A stretch of DNA of 28,693 nucleotides from a virus: IMG/VR virus record IMGVR_UViG_2840399886_000001, positions 1 through 28,693 of that record; one strand, written 5' to 3'. The notes below the pieces were generated by a model, which worked only from the letters and a program-made list of their open reading frames with translations, searched no databases and was not told the origin of the DNA. Below are positions 7,095 to 15,399 of this stretch, one piece after another (the stretch's first letter is position 1; each line of letters opens with the position of its first letter). The position numbers and the translations under genes are program-made.

Positions 7095-7434
7095 AGAGAT
7101 CCGCACCGTGATAGGATTCGAACAGAATACGACTTGGCATCGAAGTGTCATCCTTGCCACGGTAAAAGCATTGAACATTTTAACGGTTCCCTGTTCGGTT
7201 GAGGTCTACACGACATCCAATTTCGTGATGAACACGCTAAATTCGGGAAATGTAGAGAAGTGGAAACGTGCAGAGTGGCGTAAGTCCTCAGGCAAAGAGG
7301 TCAAAAACAAAGAATTATGGCAAGAATATGCCGACTTGGCAGAGCGTCACAAAATCCACGCCACACGCAGTAAAAATAACGAATATGTACGCTTGCTCAT
7401 GAAAATGTTCAAAGAAGATTCTAATAGTAAATAG
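6991..7434 (+). CDS. RNase HI-fold protein lacking the catalytic DEDD residues
   Basis: Collinear with E. coli RNase HI (from memory): VQIYVTTT vs VEIFTDGS; TTWHRSVILA vs TTNNRMELMA; VYTTSN vs LSTDSQ; WKRAEWRKSSGKEVKNKELWQ vs [28 protein letters not shown] vs NERCDEL. RBS AAAGGAGA. Confidence 0.65.
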   Translation: MMKVQIYVTTTLAGPAVKDGNYGAVVEYITPKGRKEIRTVIGFEQNTTWHRSVILATVKALNILTVPCSVEVYTTSNFVMNTLNSGNVEKWKRAEWRKSSGKEVKNKELWQEYADLAERHKIHATRSKNNEYVRLLMKMFKEDSNSK

Positions 7435-7475
7435 CAAAACGGCATGGAAATGCCGATAATCCTTAAAAATACTGA

Positions 7476-8075
7476 ATGGGAGAGATGATGAGCGTGATTG
7501 AAAATAAAGAGGAAATATTACCGGATCTGATCAAGAAATACGAATCCGGTAAAACATTGTTGGAGCTGGGACATGAATATAAGCTTGCTCCGAAGACGAT
7601 AAGCGGATGGCTAAAGGCTTCTGGCGTGAAAATGCGTATCAGCGGCAGCAGAAAGATAGAAATCGATAGAGAATTGCTTCAAAGAATGGCAGATGAGGGA
7701 ATGTCGCAGGTAGAGATATGCGAAAAATTAAACATATCAACCAGTACAATGTCCGTCAGAATGAAAGAATACGGCATCAAGATCAACCGGGATGCCAGGA
7801 AGAAACGGAAAACCGAAGAAGAGCCCATGGAAGAAGAACCGGTGATTAAACCAGGCAAACAAAAAAAGAGATGCGGATCCTGTGTATTCCGAGCCGCAAG
7901 AAATGCAGTAAATGGCTGCAATTATTCATCAATCATCGAAAGATGCCGATTGCAGAAGCCGGAAGAATGCACCTTTTACGAAAGAGGAAGACGCATAGAC
8001 CCAAAAAGCGCGCGAGCGAGTAAAAAGAGAGCGGAAGTATGGGCAGAGTGGGAAAAGATAGGTGATCGAGCATGA
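7476..8075 (+). CDS. Double-HTH protein with C-terminal Cys cluster
   Basis: Two resolvase/sigma-r4-like HTH motifs (GKTLLELGHEYKLAPKTISGWL; GMSQVEICEKLNISTSTMSVRM), then CGSCVFRAARNAVNGCNYSSIIERCRLQKPEEC. Paralogous tail to the 10398-10703 protein. Confidence 0.5.
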   Translation: MGEMMSVIENKEEILPDLIKKYESGKTLLELGHEYKLAPKTISGWLKASGVKMRISGSRKIEIDRELLQRMADEGMSQVEICEKLNISTSTMSVRMKEYGIKINRDARKKRKTEEEPMEEEPVIKPGKQKKRCGSCVFRAARNAVNGCNYSSIIERCRLQKPEECTFYERGRRIDPKSARASKKRAEVWAEWEKIGDRA

Positions 8076-8548
8076 GCACAGAAGAATGGAGACAAAAGAA
8101 GATCCGACAGAGAGGACGCTTTACTGTTCTCCAGAGGTTAGATTATCCAGTTAAGCTTAGACGTCAGAGAAACAGAGCATGGGAGTTCTACGAAGAAATG
8201 CTAAGCCGGGATAGAAGCGCACATGTCAGCGTAGGAGGATTGGACAGCATTATCCCGGAGATATACGGAAAGATCGAAAAGACTGACAACGGTGAATTAT
8301 ATACGACCGGAGCACAGAGGACTGGTTGCAGCATGTGTGGCTTCGGCATCCACCTAGAAGAACGTCCGCATCGGTTTGACAAACTCCGGGAGCGCAATGA
8401 GAAAGAATGGGAATTCTGGATGTACCGGTGTTGTACGGATCCTGAAACTGAAGAAAAATTCGGCTGGGGAAGAGTGCTGGATTACATCGGAGTAGAGTGG
8501 GAAGATGTGCCACCGAGACAGATGACGCTAAAGGATTATATGAAATGA
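8072..8548 (+). CDS. PAPS-reductase-like (IbrA-like) protein, apparently missing the central domain
   Basis: 158 aa. Degenerate P-loop SVGGLDS (canonical SGGKDS) is followed almost directly by the C-terminal RTGCSMCGFG...RFDKL...VLDYIGVEW block typical of phage PAPS-reductase-family proteins. ATGA overlap on both sides. Confidence 0.5.
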   Translation: MSTEEWRQKKIRQRGRFTVLQRLDYPVKLRRQRNRAWEFYEEMLSRDRSAHVSVGGLDSIIPEIYGKIEKTDNGELYTTGAQRTGCSMCGFGIHLEERPHRFDKLRERNEKEWEFWMYRCCTDPETEEKFGWGRVLDYIGVEWEDVPPRQMTLKDYMK

Positions 8549-9981
8549 GTTTAGAAGTTTTTGATAATTATGAATGCGATGGTCAGATAGAGATATCCGA
8601 CCTGAAAGGAGAAGAGATGGAAAAATTAATATACATACCGGCTGAGCAGATACATGAGCATCCGGATAATCCGCGGAAAAACCTTGGAGATCTTGAAGAG
8701 TTATCGGAATCGATCAAAAAGAAAGGCATCATGCAGAACCTGACTGTTATGATCGGACACTGGGATGAAAAAGGGAAATGGCAGCAGGACGGATACACAT
8801 TGCTGATCGGGCACAGACGCTTTGCGGCAGGCAAGATGGCAGCAGTCAGTGAATTCCCTTGCAGAGTAATTGAAAAGATTGATTACAAAGACCAGATCGG
8901 AATCATGATGGAAGAAAACATGCAGCGCAACGACCTTACTATCTGGGAAGAAGCGAACGGATTCCAGATGATGCTAGATCTGGGTGATACGGAGGAACAG
9001 ATAGCAGAAAAGACCGGATTCAGTAAATCCACGATCAAACACCGTTTAAACATTGCGAAGCTTGATCAGGACGTACTGAAAGAAAAAGAGCAGAATGACG
9101 GCTATCAGCTGACGTTAAAAGGTCTGTATGAACTGGAAAAGATTACGGATATCGATAAGCGAAATGAAATATTAAGACAGTCTGGTAGTTCTGTAGATCT
9201 GGTGGCAAGAGCCAGATCGGCAGTTGTATCTGAGAGAAGAGAAAAGGTTAAGCAGAAGATCATATCTGCTTTGGAAGTGTCTGGCGCTAAAAAGATGTCC
9301 GATAAGGATGAAATGAGTGTCTGGGATAGCGGTAAATGGAAAAAGATCCAGGAATACAAAACAGATAATGATCCAGGAGAGATCGATGTGCCGGAAAGTG
9401 ATGAACAGTTATATTGGCGATCTATTTGGAGCGGTATTGAGGTCTACAAAAAGAAAAAGCCGGTGAAGAAGAAAGAGACCAAAGCTGAAAGACTGGAGAA
9501 AGAGCGGAAAGCCAAGCAAAAGCAGATTAAAGAGGTCATGAAAAAGATGGATGCCCGCCGAAAAGAGTTTATACGAGACATCATTTCTGGAAAGATTGAT
9601 CCGGTAAAGAACGAACGAAGATTAAAGGATTCTATCTGGATGATCTTGGTGGCGGTAGGATGCAGTGTTTATAGATATAGAATGTCTGAGGTACTCCTGG
9701 AAAAAGATTGGTATGAATGTTCGGCAGAAGAACGTGGTGAGGCATTGAAAAAAGTGGACGAGCTCAGTATCATCCACCAGATGCTGACTACTATGCATTA
9801 TGCCATAAAAGCAGACTGTAATGAAGTATGCGATTATATGTGCAGATACAAGAAAGGTAATGGACAGATTCGTCTGGAAGCCTATCGGATTCTTGAATTG
9901 TATGGATGGTATTTCGAACCTGGTGAAAAAGAGATTCTGGACGGAACATCTGAACTGTATGAGGGTGAAGCTGATGAGTGA
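8545..9981 (+). CDS. ParB-like nuclease domain protein (IbrB-like) with HTH and long C-terminal extension
   Basis: Start at MSLEVF (ATGA overlap with the upstream stop). IPAEQIHEHPDNPRK...GIMQNLTV...LLIGHRRFAA is a ParB/Srx N-terminal domain. HTH motif EEQIAEKTGFSKSTIKHRL. Confidence 0.75.
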   Translation: MSLEVFDNYECDGQIEISDLKGEEMEKLIYIPAEQIHEHPDNPRKNLGDLEELSESIKKKGIMQNLTVMIGHWDEKGKWQQDGYTLLIGHRRFAAGKMAAVSEFPCRVIEKIDYKDQIGIMMEENMQRNDLTIWEEANGFQMMLDLGDTEEQIAEKTGFSKSTIKHRLNIAKLDQDVLKEKEQNDGYQLTLKGLYELEKITDIDKRNEILRQSGSSVDLVARARSAVVSERREKVKQKIISALEVSGAKKMSDKDEMSVWDSGKWKKIQEYKTDNDPGEIDVPESDEQLYWRSIWSGIEVYKKKKPVKKKETKAERLEKERKAKQKQIKEVMKKMDARRKEFIRDIISGKIDPVKNERRLKDSIWMILVAVGCSVYRYRMSEVLLEKDWYECSAEERGEALKKVDELSIIHQMLTTMHYAIKADCNEVCDYMCRYKKGNGQIRLEAYRILELYGWYFEPGEKEILDGTSELYEGEADE

Positions 9982-10324
9982 TTTAATGTTTCCGAAACCG
10001 AAATGGAAAAAGAAGAAAAAAAGACATCCACCGTCTATATTACCGTCAGATAAGCATATCTGCTTCTTGTGTGCCAGGAACGGTGATTGCAGACCTAAAA
10101 TCACGGAAGAACATCATGTATTTTTCGGATCTGGCTTAAGAGATGTCAGCGAAGAGAACGGATTCAAGTGTGATCTGTGTATTCCACATCACCGAACAGG
10201 ACCAGAAGCAGTACATAACAACCAGGAAACCAGAGAATATCTATGCAGGATATTCCAACAGCAATATGAACGTACTCACACGCATGAAGAATTCATGGAG
10301 CTGGTGCACAAAAATTATTTATAA
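9974..10324 (+). CDS. HNH / beta-beta-alpha-metal-finger-like small nuclease (tentative)
   Basis: Start at MSDLMFPKPKWKKKKK. Pattern CFLC...EEHHVFFG...CDLCIPHHRTGPEAVHNN. Overlaps the upstream gene by 8 nt. Confidence 0.4.
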   Translation: MSDLMFPKPKWKKKKKRHPPSILPSDKHICFLCARNGDCRPKITEEHHVFFGSGLRDVSEENGFKCDLCIPHHRTGPEAVHNNQETREYLCRIFQQQYERTHTHEEFMELVHKNYL

Positions 10325-10397
10325 CAATATATCACGACCCTCCGGGAGACCGGAGGGAAGAAAGGGAAACTTAGAATCAGGAGGAACGACCGACGAT

Positions 10398-10703
10398 ATG
10401 GCGCAACATTATAAAAAAAGACAAAGGATAGCAAGGAAGAACGCAATCCGAAATCTTATGGACCAGGGAATGACGAATATTGAGATTGCGGAAAAATTAA
10501 ATATCCCAGAATCAACAGTAAGCTGGCATAGACGCACGTACAGAGCTGATAAGGCAGTAGAATCTGCACCGAATGCAGACAGACATCTATGTAAGACTTG
10601 TAAATATAAGGCAAAAGGCTCTGGCTGTGATTATTTCTGCAAGACAGATGAGGTCAGAGGATGCGATCCGGAATATTGTAATAAATGGGAGGAGAGGCAA
10701 TGA
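10398..10703 (+). CDS. HTH protein with C-terminal Cys cluster (paralog of the 7476-8075 tail)
   Basis: Start at MAQHYKK after AGGAGG. HTH motif GMTNIEIAEKLNIPESTVSWHR, then CKTCKYKAKGSGCDYFCKTDEVRGCDPEYC. Confidence 0.5.
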   Translation: MAQHYKKRQRIARKNAIRNLMDQGMTNIEIAEKLNIPESTVSWHRRTYRADKAVESAPNADRHLCKTCKYKAKGSGCDYFCKTDEVRGCDPEYCNKWEERQ

Positions 10704-10879
10704 TGATCAATACAATTATGATGGTGGCAGCAGTCCTGCATGCGGTTACGGCATTTATATTATCGACAGATATGGCAAAGGCAGCAGCTAAAGGAGAAAA
10801 GATAGCAGGATGGATCATATACACTGTATTTGAGATAGTCACAGCGGTATTGCTGGTGACAGCGGCACTGATGATGTGA
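10700..10879 (+). CDS. Small two-TM membrane protein
   Basis: MMINTIMMVAAVLHAVTAFIL...IIYTVFEIVTAVLLVTAALMM. RBS GGAGAGG. ATGA overlap with the upstream stop. Confidence 0.5.
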   Translation: MMINTIMMVAAVLHAVTAFILSTDMAKAAAKGEKIAGWIIYTVFEIVTAVLLVTAALMM

Positions 10880-10896
10880 GGTGAGAAAAAATATTG

Positions 10897-11187
10897 ATGG
10901 GAATAAAGGTGGATAGGAGAATAGTGCTGGCAGGATTCAATTTCAAAGGGATGAGTCTGGAGTATTTTCATGAGTTTCTGAAAAATGAATTCATCCCGGC
11001 ATATCGCGAGGAGCTTTCAGAAAACGAAATACAACAGATTATGAAAGGTATTGAGGAAAAGAAAGACCGTATTTGGATATTTAAGAATACAGAAACAGGA
11101 AGAAAACTTACGCATACATTCACTTTTTATGACAATGTAGGATTTATGCCAGGATATGAAGTGAATTACGAATTTGACGGATTTTAA
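10897..11187 (+). CDS. Hypothetical protein
   Basis: Open frame in the operon direction. GAGGTGAG lies 11 nt upstream. Start uncertain. Confidence 0.4.
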   Translation: MGIKVDRRIVLAGFNFKGMSLEYFHEFLKNEFIPAYREELSENEIQQIMKGIEEKKDRIWIFKNTETGRKLTHTFTFYDNVGFMPGYEVNYEFDGF

Positions 11188-11201
11188 GGAGGTAGAAAAC
11201 G

Positions 11202-11360
11202 ATGCATGGATATATAAGCGGTTGTACCGACACAGATATCATTAATTACTGCCCGAAATGCGGAGGAGAGATAAATACATATTACGGAGATGGCACAGGA
11301 AAATGTGATAGTTGCGGTCTCTGGTTCGGAGTAGTTGAATGTGAGGAGGACGAGGAATGA
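11202..11360 (+). CDS. Zn-ribbon mini-protein (52 aa)
   Basis: Not in the ORF track. AAGGAGG RBS 7 nt upstream. CPKC-x14-CDSC. Stop overlaps the next start (ATGA). Confidence 0.6.
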   Translation: MHGYISGCTDTDIINYCPKCGGEINTYYGDGTGKCDSCGLWFGVVECEEDEE

Positions 11361-11587
11361 AATTAACAGACACAATTAAGACAAAAAAAGGAAGATTCGT
11401 AGTAGTTGATACATGCTATACATTAGACCATGGATTAGAAACAATGGTATTTACATCTGACGAGCAAGGAAACGTAACAAGTTGGACGGATCTGGATGCA
11501 GAGACTTACAGCACCCCGGAGGAAGCAGAGGAAGGTCACCGCCAGATGATTGAAAAATGGAAGGAGATGGAAATAGATGAATATTGA
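11357..11587 (+). CDS. Hypothetical protein
   Basis: 76 aa; translationally coupled on both sides. Confidence 0.5.
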   Translation: MKLTDTIKTKKGRFVVVDTCYTLDHGLETMVFTSDEQGNVTSWTDLDAETYSTPEEAEEGHRQMIEKWKEMEIDEY

Positions 11588-11867
11588 CGAATCTATTAAA
11601 ATCTTGAAACGAGATATTCACAAATGCGTGCAAAAAGTAGCTATCAGTGTAAGAAAGTATGATGATACAGCTGTGCGGATGGCTCTTGTTGCATTGGAGA
11701 AACAGATTACAGTAAAGCCGATTATCTTAGATATACTGATCGGAGATATCGACTATGCATGTCCCTTGTGTGGCAAGCGGGTGATGTCAGATGCAGAAAC
11801 CAAAAGTAACTATTGTAACGAATGCGGTTGTAAATTTGATTGGAGTGAGATTGATGAGATTGATTGA
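11577..11867 (+). CDS. Hypothetical Zn-ribbon protein
   Basis: CPLCGKRV...CNECGCKF pair of CxxC knuckles. Confidence 0.5.
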   Translation: MNIDESIKILKRDIHKCVQKVAISVRKYDDTAVRMALVALEKQITVKPIILDILIGDIDYACPLCGKRVMSDAETKSNYCNECGCKFDWSEIDEID

Positions 11868-12372
11868 CGCTGATGCATTAATTAGCTTTATAGATCCGGA
11901 ACATTTAAGGCATTCGGGCGAACTAACCTTTTCAGAGGTTGATGTGATAAACATGCTGAATCATGCGCCGACAGTACTTGGCAAAGAAAGTCATGGAGTC
12001 CTCCGCAAAATAGCCAACTATCTGATAAAGGAATATGAAGGTGATGATGACAATGCACCTACGCTGGATATCACAATAAGTGACATGAGAGAAATATGTA
12101 CAATGCATCAAGACTTAATCGGTGAGAGAGAACTATTGAAACAGTGGCAAATGTATGGAAGAGTATGGATTCCATGTAGTGAGAGATTGCCGGAGAAACC
12201 AAGAGCCGATTATTACGATGGCTACATTGTGCAGACTAGACACGTTATGCAGCCGTTTAGTGCTTATTGGGATGGTATAGAGTGGACAGACGATGATGAC
12301 GATGCAGTGGACGATGTTATAGCCTGGATGCCACTTCCTGAGACATATATGGAGGGCAGAGACGATGAATAG
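11854..12372 (+). CDS. DUF551-like phage protein
   Basis: Start at MRLIDADAL. C-terminal WIPCSERLPEKP...AYWDGIEW...VIAWMPLPE matches the DUF551 pattern. Confidence 0.55.
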   Translation: MRLIDADALISFIDPEHLRHSGELTFSEVDVINMLNHAPTVLGKESHGVLRKIANYLIKEYEGDDDNAPTLDITISDMREICTMHQDLIGERELLKQWQMYGRVWIPCSERLPEKPRADYYDGYIVQTRHVMQPFSAYWDGIEWTDDDDDAVDDVIAWMPLPETYMEGRDDE

Positions 12373-12688
12373 AATAAAAAGAGCATTGCTTATCGTCCTG
12401 TGTGCTATAGCATTATGCGGATGTGCTGAGAAGCAGGAACAACCAGAGCCGACACCGATCACGGTGGAAAAGCCAAATGTCAGAGATACCGTAGCTTTCA
12501 AGCGTGAGGTATCGGCAAGGATTGAAGAGATCCTGTCCGGAGATATTACTGTCACGGTATATCTGGATGATGCAGAGGACTTCTGCTACCGTGGACAGAT
12601 TAAGGTAGTGAATAATGGATCAGATGGAACGGATCCGATTATATTTATCTACGCCGACCGGAAAGAATCGGAGAGCGAATGGTATTGA
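12365..12688 (+). CDS. Small lipoprotein
   Basis: Signal peptide MNRIKRALLIVLCAIALCGC with a lipobox-like LCGC. Confidence 0.6.
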   Translation: MNRIKRALLIVLCAIALCGCAEKQEQPEPTPITVEKPNVRDTVAFKREVSARIEEILSGDITVTVYLDDAEDFCYRGQIKVVNNGSDGTDPIIFIYADRKESESEWY

Positions 12689-12742
12689 CGGTACTGGAAT
12701 ACTTGGAACAGATAGGAATTAATATAAGGGGAGTGGTCACCG

Positions 12743-13225
12743 ATGGACAAGAATGTGTTAATAGAATACGCAGATATGAAGATGGAGATCAAGGATCTCA
12801 GGAGACGGATTGAAGACAAACAGAATAGAATTGATAAGCTGCATACCACAGTAATGTCTGATACGGTGACCATGGGAAAGAAGGGGCGGAAGTCACTTGG
12901 AACCGTAAAGGTGACTGGAATACCAGATGGCATCATAACCAGAATGGAGACAGCTCTAGAGAAGAACCAAAAGCTTCTCGAACTGAGAGAGGTAGAACTG
13001 TTGGAACTTCAGAATGATGTAGAGGAATACATAGAGACCATACCGAAGAGTGAGATGCGAACTATGTTAAGACTGTATTTTGTTGATGATATGACTTATA
13101 CAAGGACAGCGGCGCACATGAATTATTTAAGACCGACAAGACGTGTGAAGTACACGGATGAGAATGTAAAGAAAAAAATTCAAAGATTTTTTGAAAATGT
13201 CCCCCAATGTCCCGAAGAAAGATGA
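12743..13225 (+). CDS. Late-gene regulator candidate (sigma-70 region-4-like HTH, ArpU/RinA-like position)
   Basis: N-terminal coiled coil. C-terminal IPKSEMRTMLRLYFVDDMTYTRTAAHMN resembles sigma r4. Located just upstream of HNH/terminase. Confidence 0.45.
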   Translation: MDKNVLIEYADMKMEIKDLRRRIEDKQNRIDKLHTTVMSDTVTMGKKGRKSLGTVKVTGIPDGIITRMETALEKNQKLLELREVELLELQNDVEEYIETIPKSEMRTMLRLYFVDDMTYTRTAAHMNYLRPTRRVKYTDENVKKKIQRFFENVPQCPEER

Positions 13226-13266
13226 TATAGTGTAAAAAACAAAAAAGTGTATGGTGATACGAAGAT

Positions 13267-13298
13267 GGCAGCAGGCAGTAGCTTGGCTGCCTTTTATT
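13267..13298 (+). terminator. Possible rho-independent terminator
   Basis: GGCAGC/GCTGCC or AGGCAG/CTGCCT 6-bp stems followed by TTTTATTAT. Confidence 0.35.
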
Positions 13299-13319
13299 AT
13301 ACAGAAAAGAGTGGATAAT

Positions 13320-13664
13320 ATGGGAAACCCCAGGAGTGCGAATGGAAACCTCAGACGCAAGCATCGGGCAAGGTTGAAGGCGATAGGTGGAGAGTGTGGA
13401 ATATGTAAAGGAAGACTAGGACCAATACATTACGATGAACCAAGTGACAGTGATCATCCATTGTCGTTTGTGATTGATGAGATCAAGCCAGTGTCGAGAT
13501 GGAGAGAGTTTGGTTATACATCTAGAGAAGCGGCAGCGCAGGACTGGAACAATCTGCAACCGGCTCACTACTGTTGCAATGCAATGAAAGGCAATAAAAC
13601 GATGAAAGAAGTGGCTGGAGAGCGAAAAAAGAACGACATAAATATTGTTGATGGTTTATGGTGA
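13320..13664 (+). CDS. HNH endonuclease (packaging-associated)
   Basis: Start at MGNPRSANG. CGIC...DSDHP...NLQPAHYCCNAMKGN is an HNH motif. Immediately upstream of the terminase genes. Confidence 0.8.
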   Translation: MGNPRSANGNLRRKHRARLKAIGGECGICKGRLGPIHYDEPSDSDHPLSFVIDEIKPVSRWREFGYTSREAAAQDWNNLQPAHYCCNAMKGNKTMKEVAGERKKNDINIVDGLW

Positions 13665-13760
13665 CAATAGGGTGGCTATGTCACCCTCCCATAGCCGCGG
13701 GCGACCCCAAACCGTCCAGCGCCGATTTACACACAGGGAATTTTTGAAAGGTGGATTAAG
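13665..13760. other. Candidate cos / packaging-recognition region
   Basis: Non-coding gap between HNH and TerS. 7-bp inverted repeat GGCTATG (13674-13680) / CATAGCC (13690-13696), then an unusually GC-rich run GCCGCGGGCGACCCCAAACCGTCCAGCGCCG. Confidence 0.35.
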
Positions 13761-14030
13761 GTGGGCAGAATTAAGAAAATGTCTACGGTGACAACGTCAG
13801 GATCACGACTGGAACAGTTGAAGAATCTGTCGAAAGTCCTGGCGAAACAAATAGATGATTGCAATAATGACATGATTATTGGTCCGAAGTACCTCCCACA
13901 GCTTTCGAAACAATACAGAGAGACGATCAAAGAGATTGAAGAGATTGAGGGAGTTGACAGAGAAGATGACGAAATCGGTGAAATCCTCTCAGCAAGGAAA
14001 GCTGATGGGAAGCCAGACGCCGTCCGTTAG
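13761..14030 (+). CDS. Terminase small subunit (tentative)
   Basis: GTG start with AAGGTGG 7 nt upstream. 89 aa, helical. Position between HNH and TerL. Confidence 0.5.
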   Translation: MGRIKKMSTVTTSGSRLEQLKNLSKVLAKQIDDCNNDMIIGPKYLPQLSKQYRETIKEIEEIEGVDREDDEIGEILSARKADGKPDAVR

Positions 14031-15399
14031 AATAGTTCCGGAGTATGATTACACAGACGGAGCTGATGCAGTGAGAATACTTGCGGTTGGAAAACTGGTT
14101 GTAGATCCGTGGCAGAGCGAAGTGCTGAATGATTGGATGGGCCGCACTAATGAAGATATCTGGTCAGCACCGACATGCGGATTATCTGTGCCGAGGCAAA
14201 ATGGAAAGACACTGGACACTTCCGGACGAATAGCATCTGGAATGGTCATGTATTCGGAATGGGTGATCTATACAGCACATCTTCAGAAGACGGCAACAGA
14301 GACTTTTATGGAATTGAAAGGATTGTTTGAAAGCAGGGGGCTAAGAAAGTATGTAAAAGAAATCAAGGCAGCACTCGGAAGAGAACAGATCATATTAAAA
14401 AATGGCGGAAGGGTGGTATTTGTAGCACGTACCAGGAATGGCGGTCGAGGTTTACATGGCGATTGTCTGGTATTCGATGAAGCACAGGAGCTGACATCAG
14501 AACAGCAGGCATCTTTTTTGCCAGCAATATCAGCATCCAGGAATCCGCAGACAATATACCTCGGAACGCCACCAGATGAAAACTGCACAGGTACGGTGTT
14601 TAGGAAGATAAGGGAGCGAGCAAAGAATGGAGAGAGTAGTTCGACAGCCTGGACGGAGTATTCCGTGGAAGAGATCGGAGACGTGACTGACAGAAACCGA
14701 TGGGCAGATTGTAATCCGGCTCTTGGAAGACGAATGACAGAAACGACCATAGCTGCAGAGTGCGAGCAGATGGATGAAGATACATTTGCGAGAGAGCGAC
14801 TTGGGTGGTGGTCTCCAATCAATAATGATCAGGACTATGCCATTAATAAAGCCAAATGGGAGCAATGTGCATCAGAGATGAAAAAACCGGAGGGGAAAAC
14901 GGCTTATGGAATTAAATTTGCCGCCGATGGTTCGATGGTGGCATTATGTGGAGCGGTTTGTCCGGATGATGGACCGGCACGTATTTCACTGATTGAGACC
15001 AAGGCAACCGACAGAGGGGTCCAGTGGCTTGCGGACTGGCTGAATCAGAGATACACGAAAGCGTCCTGCGTGGTGATTGATGGTCGAAATGGCGTTGATT
15101 TTCTGATCGACAAGATAACATCGGTCTGGAAATATAAGAAATCAATCATAAAGCCATCAGCAAAAGATGTGATAGCAGCGGCGAGCCAACTGGTGCAGGA
15201 AGTTAATGAACAGACGGTGACGTGGTATAAATACCAGGAGATATTAAAAGAATCCGCTGTTACGTCAGTAAAAAGACCGATATCGGGCGGATGGGGATTT
15301 GGCGGTGATAATTCAATACCGATCGAAGCGGCGGCGTTGGCACTGTGGGGTTGTCGGACATCAAAGCGAAATCCGAATAGAAAGATGAGGATAGGATAA
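14005..15399 (+). CDS. Terminase large subunit (Terminase_1 / HK97-like)
   Basis: Walker A CGLSVPRQNGKT; Walker B CLVFDEAQE; C-terminal nuclease region. Start ambiguous (14005 preferred, 13966 possible). Confidence 0.9.
   Translation: MGSQTPSVRIVPEYDYTDGADAVRILAVGKLVVDPWQSEVLNDWMGRTNEDIWSAPTCGLSVPRQNGKTLDTSGRIASGMVMYSEWVIYTAHLQKTATETFMELKGLFESRGLRKYVKEIKAALGREQIILKNGGRVVFVARTRNGGRGLHGDCLVFDEAQELTSEQQASFLPAISASRNPQTIYLGTPPDENCTGTVFRKIRERAKNGESSSTAWTEYSVEEIGDVTDRNRWADCNPALGRRMTETTIAAECEQMDEDTFARERLGWWSPINNDQDYAINKAKWEQCASEMKKPEGKTAYGIKFAADGSMVALCGAVCPDDGPARISLIETKATDRGVQWLADWLNQRYTKASCVVIDGRNGVDFLIDKITSVWKYKKSIIKPSAKDVIAAASQLVQEVNEQTVTWYKYQEILKESAVTSVKRPISGGWGFGGDNSIPIEAAALALWGCRTSKRNPNRKMRIG

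Noticed and set aside
8497-8544. N-terminal extension of the ParB-like ORF (track start 8497)
   Set aside because: The extension overlaps the upstream gene in another frame. ATG 8545 gives the common ATGA stop-start coupling.
9622-10104. 160-aa minus-strand ORF
   Set aside because: It is antisense to the ParB-like and HNH-like genes, has low-complexity Phe/Ile-rich sequence, and has no RBS.
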